The notes below the pieces were generated by a model that saw only the letters and a list, made by a program, of their open reading frames with translations, was not told the DNA's origin and made no database searches. A stretch of DNA of 64,000 bases from Acidimicrobiia bacterium (GTDB lineage: Bacteria > Actinomycetota > Acidimicrobiia > Spongiisociales > UBA5794): NCBI GenBank assembly GCA_029287195.1, contig JARFRN010000249.1, positions 20,352-84,351 on the forward strand. Direction: 5' to 3'. Shown one piece after another: positions 15,977-25,142 of this stretch (the stretch's first letter is position 1; each line of letters begins with the position of its first letter). Both the position numbers and the translations under genes were made by a program.

Positions 15977-16479
15977 CAGGTGGCCCGTTCGAAACGGACG
16001 GTCGACTCGCCCTGCAGGGTGAGAGTCGTGCTCCAGAGCACGAGAACCAGGTCGGAATCACGCGCCAACTGCACCTGGACGCGTCGTTCATCGTTGGGTC
16101 GACCGTCGGCAAAGCACGTGTTGTTTACCGACACGGTGCGAACTCCGGTGGAATTGACCAGGATGCGGGCGGTGCGGTCATCCGCATCGCTTCCGTCCGG
16201 GTAGACGTAGGCGATACAGACCGCGCGCCCTTGAATGCCGTCGTCGAGGTCACCCGTCGCCGAGCGGATCGCCACGTCGGCTACGTCGTTGAGCCACGTC
16301 GACATGCCGCTCTCCACCGGCAGCGTAGCCCCGTAGCGGGCAGCCTCCCGTGCCGCATTGTCCACCGAAATATTGCGATTGAACGCGATGCCGCCGGTGA
16401 TGATGCCCATGAGGATCATCAGCAGCAATGGCAGAACAAACGCAAATTCGACTAGTTGAGCACCTTGTTCGTTGCGCAT
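15976..16479 (-). CDS. TadE/TadF-like pseudopilin family protein
   Basis: The TadE N-terminal motif GAQLVEFAFVLPLLLMILMGIITGG, followed by AAREAARYG. The internal start MRNEQG was chosen. Confidence 0.65.
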   Translation of the reverse strand: MRNEQGAQLVEFAFVLPLLLMILMGIITGGIAFNRNISVDNAAREAARYGATLPVESGMSTWLNDVADVAIRSATGDLDDGIQGRAVCIAYVYPDGSDADDRTARILVNSTGVRTVSVNNTCFADGRPNDERRVQVQLARDSDLVLVLWSTTLTLQGESTVRFERAT

Positions 16480-16798
16480 GCGGGTTGTCCAGGTCGTCCG
16501 CCCATAGGATTCAGACCCGCCGGTGTCCATCGGTGGAGCCGTGCTCCGCCAAGCCCTTCTCGGTTTCATTGAGATCGCCTACCCCTTGCTGGCTCTCTTT
16601 CGACCTGAACGGCGATGACCGCCGCAGACAGATCGTCTTGCCGTGTTATCGGCAACTGAGAGCGAAATCTTGAGCGCGTTCCAGAAGCTCGACCGCAGCT
16701 CTTGCGCTGGGCTCGAGCAAGAACGAGTAGGGGGTTGGCTATTGGAATGCGGCTGCCACGGCGCGACAATGAACGCAGGTCGCACGAGGAGCGATGTC

Positions 16799-17173
16799 AT
16801 GCGCCGGGTTCTCAGAGGTGGCTTGCTCGGGGCTCTCCCCGGGGCCTTGTTGATCGGTATCGTCGTCACCTTGCATTCGTTGGAAGTGATCACATCCGAT
16901 CAGTCTCAGGTCGGGTTCATCGGGGTGCCGCTCCTGTTCTTCGGCCTGCTGATTGGAATGCTCGCCGGCGCGGCGACTGCAGGTAATACAGCTTCGGTGC
17001 TGGCATGGATGGGTATCGGGCTGCTGGCCGGCATCGGCTTGGGGGTGGTGCTTGCGCGGGTGATGGTGGGAGGCTGGCTCATACTGATGCCGCTCCTCAT
17101 CCTGGGAGGCGGGGTATATGGGGCGTGGCGGCACGAGAATCGTACGTCTCCCCCTTCCGCCATCACGCACTAG
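16799..17173 (+). CDS. Hypothetical small Gly-rich membrane protein
   Basis: Three to four predicted TM helices and good GC3 bias. It competes with a probably spurious 317-aa antisense ORF. Confidence 0.3.
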   Translation: MRRVLRGGLLGALPGALLIGIVVTLHSLEVITSDQSQVGFIGVPLLFFGLLIGMLAGAATAGNTASVLAWMGIGLLAGIGLGVVLARVMVGGWLILMPLLILGGGVYGAWRHENRTSPPSAITH

Positions 17174-17204
17174 CAACAGGGAGTCCCGGAAGGTCGATGG
17201 CCGG

Positions 17205-18893
17205 CTAACGGTTCCGGAACCGTTGCACAGCCCGGTTGATGGTTGGGAACGATTGGATCGGCCCGGCCGGTGCCAGAAGGCCGGCGCGGGTGAGCCGGTC
17301 GATTGTGGTGCTGTTGGTCCGAGCGACACCCACCACTTCGATTCCCAGGCTCGGTAGCTCACCGAGGAGTTCCTCCAGCATCTCGATCGCTGTGGTGTCG
17401 ATTGAGCCCACTCCGTCGAAGTCGAAGATGATCCACTCCTCGACACCCGGGTTGGTTTCCAATGCCTGACGCACCCGCTGATGGAACCACTCTGCGTTGG
17501 CGAAGAACAGCGGCGCATCAAATCGATAGACCAGCAGTCCGGGCAGTGGCCGCGCCGTCGGGAAGTCGTCAACTGCCACCCAGCCGTCGAGCTCTGAAGC
17601 ACCGCCGAGGACGGCATCGCTGGGTCTGGCGATACGCCATAGGGCGACTGCAGCCGACAATGCGACCGCGATGAGGACTCCGGTAAGTACATCGAAGATC
17701 ATCACGCCCAACGCAGTGACGGCTGCGAGCGCGAACTCAGATCGGCTCAGTCGCCACAACTCTTTGAAACCGGCTACGTCGATGATGGCAATGGCGGCGG
17801 CCAGGATTACCGATCCCAGGGCCGCCTGGGGGAAGTTGGCCAGCACCGGTCGCAAGAACAGCAGAGTAGCGGCGACGAAGAGGGCGGCCACCACGCCCGT
17901 CAGCTGGGAGTGAGTGCCGATGGACGCCGGCACGAACGATCGGCTGGCACTCGATGAGACCGGGAAACCCTGGGATATCCCGCTCGTCAGATTGCACGTG
18001 CCGAGAGCGATGAATTCCTGGTTGGGATCGATCCGATATCCGTGTTCGGCGCTGATGGATCTGGCTGTGAGAACGTTGTCGGAGTAGCCGACCAGGGCGA
18101 TGCCGAGGGCGGCCGGGATCAGCGCCGCCATGTCACTTCCACTCACATCCGGAAAGCCAAGCGCAGGCAATCCGGCGGGGATGTTGCCGACAACTGCGAT
18201 GCCGTGGTCGGCCAGCGAGAACAAAGTTGTGACGCCGGTCGCGAGCGTCACTGCGATCAGAGCCCCGGGTACTTTGGGCCAGCGGCGCAAGAAGAGGATC
18301 AACCCCAGTGTTGCCGTCCCCATGGCCAGGGTCGCAGCCCGGATCTCATCCAGCTCGGTGATCATCTCCGCAATGCGACCGAAGAAGTCATCGTTCTCGA
18401 TCGGGATGCCCGTTACCTTCGATATCTGGCTGCTGATCAAGGTGAGCCCGATCCCCGTGATATAGCCGACGAGAACCGGACGGGATAGCAGATCAGCGAG
18501 AAAGCCGAGGCGAAACGCGGCGGCAATCAAGCACACGGCAGCCACGGCCAGAGCGAGGGCAGCCATCAGCGCCGCGTACCGCACAGGATCGCCCGCCGCC
18601 ATCCCACCGACCGCCGTGGCGGCCAGGATGGCGGTTCCGGGCTCGGGTCCCACGCCGAGGTGACGCGACGTACCGAGGATCGCATAGGCGAAGAGTGCCA
18701 GTAGCACGGCATAGAACCCGGCCTCGGGGGGCATGCCGGCAATCTCGGCGTACGCCATCGACTGCGGTATCAGCATTGCCCCAACGGTCAATCCGCCGAG
18801 GAGATCGGCTCGGAGCCAGGAGCGCTGATAGTGGAGCAGACGGTCCAGTCCCGGAGCGAGCCGCAGCGGACCGATCGGGGCCTGCCGGTTCAT
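17205..18893 (-). CDS. SulP-family anion (sulfate/bicarbonate) permease with a C-terminal STAS domain
   Basis: A 562-aa polytopic membrane protein with typical SulP N-terminal motifs (AGLTVGAMLIPQSMAYAEIAGMPPEAGFYA) and a C-terminal STAS domain (IFDFDGVGSIDTTAIEMLEEL). Confidence 0.9.
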   Translation of the reverse strand: MNRQAPIGPLRLAPGLDRLLHYQRSWLRADLLGGLTVGAMLIPQSMAYAEIAGMPPEAGFYAVLLALFAYAILGTSRHLGVGPEPGTAILAATAVGGMAAGDPVRYAALMAALALAVAAVCLIAAAFRLGFLADLLSRPVLVGYITGIGLTLISSQISKVTGIPIENDDFFGRIAEMITELDEIRAATLAMGTATLGLILFLRRWPKVPGALIAVTLATGVTTLFSLADHGIAVVGNIPAGLPALGFPDVSGSDMAALIPAALGIALVGYSDNVLTARSISAEHGYRIDPNQEFIALGTCNLTSGISQGFPVSSSASRSFVPASIGTHSQLTGVVAALFVAATLLFLRPVLANFPQAALGSVILAAAIAIIDVAGFKELWRLSRSEFALAAVTALGVMIFDVLTGVLIAVALSAAVALWRIARPSDAVLGGASELDGWVAVDDFPTARPLPGLLVYRFDAPLFFANAEWFHQRVRQALETNPGVEEWIIFDFDGVGSIDTTAIEMLEELLGELPSLGIEVVGVARTNSTTIDRLTRAGLLAPAGPIQSFPTINRAVQRFRNR

Positions 18894-19075
18894 GGTCGGC
18901 TCCCATTCTGCGCAACCGGGTCGGGCATTCGGTCACCCTAGTGATATGCAGTTGTGGGCCCGACCGCATCTCTGCGCGGGATGGGACTTTCGCTCCCGGC
19001 TGCCGGCGATGGGCTGGTGTACGGCTGAAGCGCCGCTCTGTGATTCGTCGCTCGAGTACGAAAGGGGACGGACTA

Positions 19076-19276
19076 GTGGCTACGTTCCTGTTGTGGCTGG
19101 TGCTACTCGTCGTGGCTTGGCCGCTGGCGATCCTGGCACTCATCCTGTATCCGATCGTCTGGCTGATCAGCCTCCCGTTTCGGCTGGTGGGCATCTCGGT
19201 GAAGGGGTTGCTCGAGTTGATTGGCTCGATCATCAGGCTCCCCGCCAGGGTGCCGGGCGGCCCGAGGGAGGCTTGA
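19076..19276 (+). CDS. Possible small 2-TM membrane protein (GTG start)
   Basis: VATFLLWLVLLVVAWPLAILALILYPIVWLISLPFRLVGISVKGLL, with the RBS-like AAAGGGGA upstream. Weak evidence. Confidence 0.25.
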   Translation: MATFLLWLVLLVVAWPLAILALILYPIVWLISLPFRLVGISVKGLLELIGSIIRLPARVPGGPREA

Positions 19277-19475
19277 CTCGGAGCTCTGGCCCGGTCTGGT
19301 AGGGCCCAGGGATCGTCAGTGGGCTGTCAGGGAGCCGATATCGCTCCCGCCCGTGTAGGCGGAGCCGTCGAGGTAGAGGCCGCCATCGGCGGTACCGCCG
19401 ATGTGAATGTTGCCGGTCGTGCCACTGGAACCGGCCTGCGGTTTGGCTTCGAGTCGGTGTCGGGCCGGGCGCGCC

Positions 19476-20813
19476 TCATGAGGAGACGATGCTTCGGATC
19501 CGTGCCGCCTCGGTCTCGATCGTGGCGGTATCCACGAGGCCGCTGGCGGTGACGATGGCGGACCATTCGCTGAGGATCTGTTCGGCGACGCCACTGTCGT
19601 AGAGTTCTGCCTTCAGTTCTGCAGTGCGGGTTTCGATCAGCGCAGACCAGGAGTCGTTGGCGAGGAATCGTTCCACCAGCACATTGGACTGGTCGAGCTC
19701 CGGTGCTCCAGGGTCGCCCTGACCGCCCGGTCGGTCGCCCCGCCCGCTGCCGGGACCGGGTGCGGCGGCATCGAAGCTTTCGGGTGCCGATGCAGCCTCG
19801 GGCCGGACCGCGGCGATTTCACCCGTCTCACCGGCCGGATCGCCGGGCCCGGGGGTGAGCCCGAAAGCCAGATTGTGGTCCCACGGCACGACCGTGAACT
19901 CGTCCGTATCGGTGTCGTAGAAGAGGTAGGAGTTGTTGCCTCGGCCGTCGATGTCGTCGAAGTTGTCGATCAGGTCCTGCATTGCCAGGTAGGTCACAAA
20001 GGCGTCGATGTCGAGCCATTGATCGAGCTCGGCGACGAAAGTGGTGTCGTCGGAGTTGTTGATGAAATCTAGGAACTCGATGAGCGGGGCGAGGTCGGCG
20101 TTGTCCTTGCCGGCCTCTTGGTCGAAGACCTCGTCGTATGCGTCGGGGTCGTTGCCGCGGTAGGTGTAGTCGCCGGTGCTCTCGGCCTTGTAGAGAGCGC
20201 CGTCGGCATCGAACTCCTCGGCCATCCAGAGGTCGTCCGGGTGTTCGATCACGAGCCGCAGGACCGGTTCTGCGGCATCGACACTGAACTCGACGGCGAT
20301 TGCGTCTTGTGACGCCAGCCCGGCGATTTCGAGCAGTTCGAGCGCAACGGCTTCGTTGAGGGCAGTGGTCGAACTGTTCGAACGCACCACGAGGTCGGTG
20401 AGTCCTTCGTAGTTCTGGTCGTTGATGTACTTGTCGAGCTTGATCAGCCAGGGGAGGGTTTCGGCATCGGAAGATGCAGATAGGCTGAAGAGCGACGAGT
20501 TTCCCTTGAGCCGGATCCCGGCCCGCTCGTACGTCACGCCGTCGATTGTGACTGTGGCCTCGATCCATTCTTTGTCGCCGTTCGAGCGGTAGGCCTCGAT
20601 CAACTCGTCGTAATCGGCGTTGTCGAAGCTCACGTCAATTGTGTGAACCTCACTGCTTTCGAGCGTGCCCACTGCCCCGAACTCCGATGTTGCCGAGTCA
20701 ACCTCTGCCGAGGCTGCCTCGACCGTGCCCGCGGCACTGTCGGTTGCGCAGCCGGCCGCCACGGCCCCCGCCAGGATCGCGGCGACCAACGAGTATTTGG
20801 AGTGCTTGATCAT
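19476..20813 (-). CDS. CotH family protein (spore-coat-protein-H-like atypical kinase), lipoprotein
   Basis: Lipoprotein signal LVAAILAGAVAAGC, and the CotH core NNSYLFYDTDTDEFTVVPWDHNLAFG plus WLDIDAFVTYLAMQDLIDNFD. The start MIKHSKY at 20813 was chosen. Confidence 0.8.
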   Translation of the reverse strand: MIKHSKYSLVAAILAGAVAAGCATDSAAGTVEAASAEVDSATSEFGAVGTLESSEVHTIDVSFDNADYDELIEAYRSNGDKEWIEATVTIDGVTYERAGIRLKGNSSLFSLSASSDAETLPWLIKLDKYINDQNYEGLTDLVVRSNSSTTALNEAVALELLEIAGLASQDAIAVEFSVDAAEPVLRLVIEHPDDLWMAEEFDADGALYKAESTGDYTYRGNDPDAYDEVFDQEAGKDNADLAPLIEFLDFINNSDDTTFVAELDQWLDIDAFVTYLAMQDLIDNFDDIDGRGNNSYLFYDTDTDEFTVVPWDHNLAFGLTPGPGDPAGETGEIAAVRPEAASAPESFDAAAPGPGSGRGDRPGGQGDPGAPELDQSNVLVERFLANDSWSALIETRTAELKAELYDSGVAEQILSEWSAIVTASGLVDTATIETEAARIRSIVSS

Positions 20814-20995
20814 TGTCCGTTTCCTTTGCATGGAAGATGTCTTCAATGCTTCGAAGGTATGCCCCGATCCTGGGAAGTCGCTGGGAGCCGGCTGCGAGTT
20901 GGCTCCAGGATCGGGCGTGAGGACTCCAGCCGAGGTCGGGGACCCGGTTTGAACCGGGTCCCCGTTGGGAGTCTTGGCGAGTGTGCGTCTTCATC

Positions 20996-21910
20996 TCATG
21001 GCCGGACTCCTTCCACGAGGGGTCGCGCCTTGCCCGGCGACCGGCCTTGGGGACTGTGGCTCAGGCGAGCGGCTGATTTGGCGATGATCGGGGCAACAGG
21101 TCCAACCGGTAGGGGTCTCGAGTGACGGCGTATCTCGGCGCTGCCGGGCCGGGGGGACCACCCGAAGTACTCGCGGAGAACCCGATTCCACTTGTTGGCG
21201 GGCAACGCCGGGGTCAGGGCGGCCAACCCGGTGCCGTACTTGCTGATCTTGGCGGGCCGCCGATGGATTTCCCACAAGAGATGGTCGACAAGACACGGCC
21301 GACCTCCGGTCTTCGTCTCCACCACGGCAACTCGAGGCAAGGTCACGCTCGATCCGTCGGTAGCGACACATTCGAGATCGGTATCGACAGTGATGCGGCT
21401 CGTCGAGTTGGTCTCGAGCAGCGTCGTGCGCTGGTAGCGGGTGGTTAGGGAGGGTTGGAGGGCGCGGCCGACCGGCGCAATGACGTCGAATTGGTCAATG
21501 AAATCGAGAGCTTCTTCGCTCAGACTATGTCGGTTCTCGAACTCATGCGGAAAGCGATGCTTCACGGTCAGCCCGCGATGTTCTCGGGTCTTGACCTCGA
21601 GAAGACACGTATTGCTGTCTAGATAGGAACGGGTGCGAACCTTGAAGCGACGCCGCCGGCGGTGCGCCGCCGCCAGGTATGAGATGTGGTCGGGGGTATC
21701 GAAGTACACGGACTCGTAGCGGAAAGTGCGTCGCCCATCGATCTCCAGCACCTCGAGGTTGGCGCGTTCGATGATCTGTGCCAGGTGCGGCAGCAGGACC
21801 AGGTACTTGCGGTCCTTGCGGGTTTGCAGGGCGGCGACGCTATCGAGATCCGCGAGCCCGATCGCATCGAGTTCCGCTATGGGCAGTCGATTGGATGCGG
21901 TCATTGTCAT
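20996..21910 (-). CDS. VTC (CYTH-like, polyphosphate-polymerase-like) domain-containing protein
   Basis: VTC/CYTH pattern RKYLVLLP...RYESVYFDTPD...RFKVRTRSY...LEVKTREHRG. It overlaps the upstream DUF4956 gene by 4 bp. Confidence 0.7.
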   Translation of the reverse strand: MTMTASNRLPIAELDAIGLADLDSVAALQTRKDRKYLVLLPHLAQIIERANLEVLEIDGRRTFRYESVYFDTPDHISYLAAAHRRRRRFKVRTRSYLDSNTCLLEVKTREHRGLTVKHRFPHEFENRHSLSEEALDFIDQFDVIAPVGRALQPSLTTRYQRTTLLETNSTSRITVDTDLECVATDGSSVTLPRVAVVETKTGGRPCLVDHLLWEIHRRPAKISKYGTGLAALTPALPANKWNRVLREYFGWSPRPGSAEIRRHSRPLPVGPVAPIIAKSAARLSHSPQGRSPGKARPLVEGVRP

Positions 21911-22509
21911 CGCCCCTGTTTCATCGATGCGAAGCCCGCATCGCGGCGGCTCCACCCGGTTCCCGCCGTGGGGAGCTGGTAGCGCACATCGACCGAGGTC
22001 GTATCGTTGACCAGGTCGATCTTGCGAACGGTGATGTTGTGCACCTTGGCGCCGAGCAGGCTCTCCAGGTGCATCGCGAGAGCGGTTTCGTCGGTGTAGG
22101 CGGCGTCGACGTTGATGATCTGGTTGCGATACTCCCCGAAGAGAGCGGGGTGATCGCCGACATACAGCGCGGCGAGGATCGCAGCGGCCATCAACGGCAT
22201 TGCCCAGGAGAAGGACCCGCCGAGCCCGGCAAACAGCCCCATAGCCAATGCTCCGAAGTAGTAGGCGATCTCGGTGTGGTCGAGCTCATCGGAGCGGAGT
22301 CGGATGATCGACAGTATTCCGAACAGGCCGAGCCCAAGCCCCGCCTGGATGGCCGAGGACGCCAGGATGCTGGCAACGGCGACCACGCCGATATTTGCGG
22401 TCAGATACGCAACGATCATGCCCTTGCGCCTATGGCGCGGGAAGTAGAGGCCAAACGTCAGAATCAGGATGGCGACTATGTCGATGAGAATCAGGATTGA
22501 GAACGACAT
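21907..22509 (-). CDS. DUF4956 domain-containing membrane protein
   Basis: An N-terminal TM segment (ILILIDIVAILILTFGLYF) plus the conserved region RRKGMIVAYLTANIGVVAV...GILSIIRLRS. The start at 22509 is supported by the RBS GAAAGGGA 7 nt upstream. Confidence 0.7.
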   Translation of the reverse strand: MSFSILILIDIVAILILTFGLYFPRHRRKGMIVAYLTANIGVVAVASILASSAIQAGLGLGLFGILSIIRLRSDELDHTEIAYYFGALAMGLFAGLGGSFSWAMPLMAAAILAALYVGDHPALFGEYRNQIINVDAAYTDETALAMHLESLLGAKVHNITVRKIDLVNDTTSVDVRYQLPTAGTGWSRRDAGFASMKQGR

Positions 22510-22728
22510 GCTGGTAGTCCCTTTCGGCTTCGTTGAGCCCATCGTGTGACACGACCCTGGGGATCACCTGAGAGCAGCCTCCGGGCCTACTGAGACTTGA
22601 CCCGGTTTGGTATTTGGGGCACAAGGCGTCTTACAGCGATCCCGCGGCAATCGGACCTAGGGTCTGAGAGCTACGCTGACAGGACTATGACGGTCGAACT
22701 GCTGACCAAATGACTAGCGAAGAGGACC

Positions 22729-23091
22729 GTGACAAATAGGAACACAAAGAGGGCCACCGGCGACGAACCGTTCCTGCTCTCGGGCGGCAACCCGCAGATC
22801 GCCAAGGGTGATGGCGATGTCCCGGTGCAGGCGTATCTCGAGGCGATGTCGGGTTGGAAACGCGAAGTCGGCTACCTCCTCGACTCTCTCATCGTCGCCG
22901 CGGTGCCCGACGTGCGCAAAGCCGTGCGGTGGAACTCGCCGTTCTACGGGATCGACGGCGAGGGCTGGTTTCTCAGCTTCCATTGCTTCGAGAAGTACAT
23001 CAAGGTCACCTTCTTGAAGCGTGCCTCACTGGACCCTCCGCCCCCCATATACTCCAAGCACGAACCTGTGCGTTACCTCCACGTCTATTAG
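22729..23091 (+). CDS. DUF1801 (YdhG/YdeI-like) family protein
   Basis: W..PFYGIDGEGWFLSFHCFEKYIKVTF fits the DUF1801 pattern. Confidence 0.5.
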   Translation: MTNRNTKRATGDEPFLLSGGNPQIAKGDGDVPVQAYLEAMSGWKREVGYLLDSLIVAAVPDVRKAVRWNSPFYGIDGEGWFLSFHCFEKYIKVTFLKRASLDPPPPIYSKHEPVRYLHVY

Positions 23092-23486
23092 GTGGAACAG
23101 CTCGACCGAACGCAATTCGCAGACTGGGTGACGCAGGCCGGCGCCCTGCCCGGAGAAGCCCTCTTCTAGAGACTGAGCGCCGCCGGCACCCGGCGTTGTT
23201 CGCCGGCGAGACGGCGGATGTGGCTTCACTTACTGTCCCGTCGGCTCGACTGGTTGAGCGATGTGCCGAAACGGGCGGGTGCGTCAACGGGCCGCGAGGT
23301 GCTGTGACGGTCTGCCCACCGGGATTCCGAGAAGGCATATACTCGCGACGTTCCCAGCGTGCTCTCAGAGCGTCTTCAGGATGGCTTCAGCAGGCAGTGT
23401 TGGGGTGACCTGGTCCAACGATTGGAGCATCCTTGTCTGCACCCGCCGATCCAGCACATCGACAGCGATTTCACCGCAGCCGCTTG

Positions 23487-24371
23487 ATGGGCACGGCTAT
23501 CGATGTGATTGTGGATTCCTATCCGGAGATCGCAGAGCGCTTTGCCCTCACCGTATTCGCAGAGATCGAGCGACTGGAGCGAGTCTTCAATTGGTTTGAC
23601 CGTGACAGCGAGTTACGCCGCTGGAGTCGCGGCGAGACCAAGCCGGGCAAGGAGCTCGCCGAAGTGTTGGCGCTGGCGGAGCTCTGGAAGCGGCGCAGCC
23701 GCAAAGGCTTCGACCCCGCTGCCGGTTCGCTCGTTGCGCTGTGGGCTCGTGCTGTGGAGGAGGGCTGCGTCCCGAGCAAGACTGAGATTGCCGAGACGCT
23801 GGGCGCCATGAACTCCTCAGTTGATGGCCATAGCCTCAATGCCATCGCAAAGGGATGGATCGTCGATCAGGCCGTCCGGCAAGGTCTGTCCGAGGGCCCC
23901 GTGGGCAATCTGGTCGTGAACGCCGGCGGCGACCTGCTCCACCACGGTGCAGCCCCGATCATCGCCGGGATCGAGGATCCGCGGCGTCCGTTCGACAACG
24001 TCCCGCCGCTGCTCAGGGTAAGGGTGGACAACATGGCTCTTGCCACCAGCGGTGGTTCGCGGCGTGGCTGGACCATCGATGGCGAGCGCTACAGCCACAT
24101 CATCGACCCCAGGACAGGATGGCCGCAAAGCCATGTCGAATCTGCTTCGGTGATCGCCCAGGACGTGGCGACCGCCGATGCAATGGCCACCATTCTCACC
24201 GTTGTGGAAGTCGAAGAAGGGCTGGCCCTGAGCGAGGAGATCGACGTCGGCTGTTGCATCATCGATGCATCCGGCGCGATGCGCCGCAATGAGCGATGGC
24301 GGCACGCCGAGCACATGACGTGGGACACCGACGACCCGGCACTCACGCAGGGAGTTCTCAGGTTCCGTTAA
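23487..24371 (+). CDS. apbE: FAD:protein FMN transferase (ApbE family), apparently without a signal peptide
   Basis: ApbE pattern MGTAIDVIV...DPAAGSLVALW...AIAKGWIVDQA...ATSGGSRRGW...HIIDPRTGWP. No hydrophobic N-terminal signal is present between the first in-frame start (23433) and the domain. Confidence 0.8.
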   Translation: MGTAIDVIVDSYPEIAERFALTVFAEIERLERVFNWFDRDSELRRWSRGETKPGKELAEVLALAELWKRRSRKGFDPAAGSLVALWARAVEEGCVPSKTEIAETLGAMNSSVDGHSLNAIAKGWIVDQAVRQGLSEGPVGNLVVNAGGDLLHHGAAPIIAGIEDPRRPFDNVPPLLRVRVDNMALATSGGSRRGWTIDGERYSHIIDPRTGWPQSHVESASVIAQDVATADAMATILTVVEVEEGLALSEEIDVGCCIIDASGAMRRNERWRHAEHMTWDTDDPALTQGVLRFR

Positions 24372-24418
24372 GGGGCGTCTCCTAGATTTGACCGAAACAG
24401 AGAACCCAGGAGCTAGAA

Positions 24419-25138
24419 ATGACGACCGCTCGATCCGGAGAGTCCCGATACCGGGAGCTCACCCGTCGCGCCTTTCTTCGGCGCAGTGCCGCGCTCGGCG
24501 CCACTGTTGCCATTCCGAGTTCGATCCTTGCTGCTTGTGGAGGGTCCGACGCAGCAACCTTCGAAGACGGCAGTGCCGGCTCGACCACCACTCCGGGCTC
24601 GACAACAGCTGCGACCGCTCCTACGACAACGACGACCACCTCACCCACAACCACCGAGGCCCCGGCCCCGACGACCGCCATTCCCACCGGGGGAGAACTG
24701 GTCGTTGACTTTACCTATGAAGCGGATGGCACCTCGACCGGCGGGGTGAAGAACCCGTATGTCGCCGTGTGGCTGGAGGACGAGGCTGGAGAGCTGGTGG
24801 CCACTATCGCGCTCTGGTTCATGCAATCGCGGAAGGGCACCAAGTGGCTGAGCGATCTGCGGCGCTGGGCCACGATCGACGGCAGCGACGAAACCATCGA
24901 CGCCATCTCGAGCGCCACCAGGCGGCCCGGCAGCTACAGCGTGGTGTGGGACGGCACCGACATCGATGGAAACCGCGTCCTCGCCGGCGACTACTTCATC
25001 GCCATCGAATCCGCCCGGGAACATGGTCCCTACTCGCTGATTCGGGAACAGATCCGCCTGGGCGCCGAGGCCTTCTCACAAACCCTCGAAGCCGAGGGGG
25101 AGCTGAGCAGCGCAACCGTTTCGCTCGTCCTCGCCTAG
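24419..25138 (+). CDS. DUF2271-like Tat-signal lipoprotein
   Basis: Tat motif RRAFLRRSAALGATVA followed by a lipobox (LAACGG). There is a Thr/Pro-rich linker, and the conserved core is KNPYVAVWLEDEAGELVATIALWF...IDAISSATRRPGSY. The DAISSAT stretch resembles a Dxx(S/T)GA(S/T) flavinylation motif. Confidence 0.6.
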   Translation: MTTARSGESRYRELTRRAFLRRSAALGATVAIPSSILAACGGSDAATFEDGSAGSTTTPGSTTAATAPTTTTTTSPTTTEAPAPTTAIPTGGELVVDFTYEADGTSTGGVKNPYVAVWLEDEAGELVATIALWFMQSRKGTKWLSDLRRWATIDGSDETIDAISSATRRPGSYSVVWDGTDIDGNRVLAGDYFIAIESAREHGPYSLIREQIRLGAEAFSQTLEAEGELSSATVSLVLA

Positions 25139-25142
25139 CGCT

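Noticed and set aside
16739-17692. 317-aa minus-strand ORF overlapping the SulP 3' end and the small membrane-protein gene
   Set aside because: Its Ser/Arg/Pro-rich composition is typical of an alternative frame. It overlaps the strongly supported SulP gene by about 500 bp.
19828-20568. 246-aa extremely Arg-rich ORF inside the CotH gene (alternative frame)
   Set aside because: Its composition (about 30% Arg) is what the off-frame of a GC-rich gene looks like, and the CotH frame carries the conserved motifs.
22854-23408. 184-aa Arg-rich ORF spanning the DUF1801 gene's 3' end and the 340-bp intergenic region before apbE
   Set aside because: No motif support and unconvincing composition. The region more likely holds the promoter for apbE.
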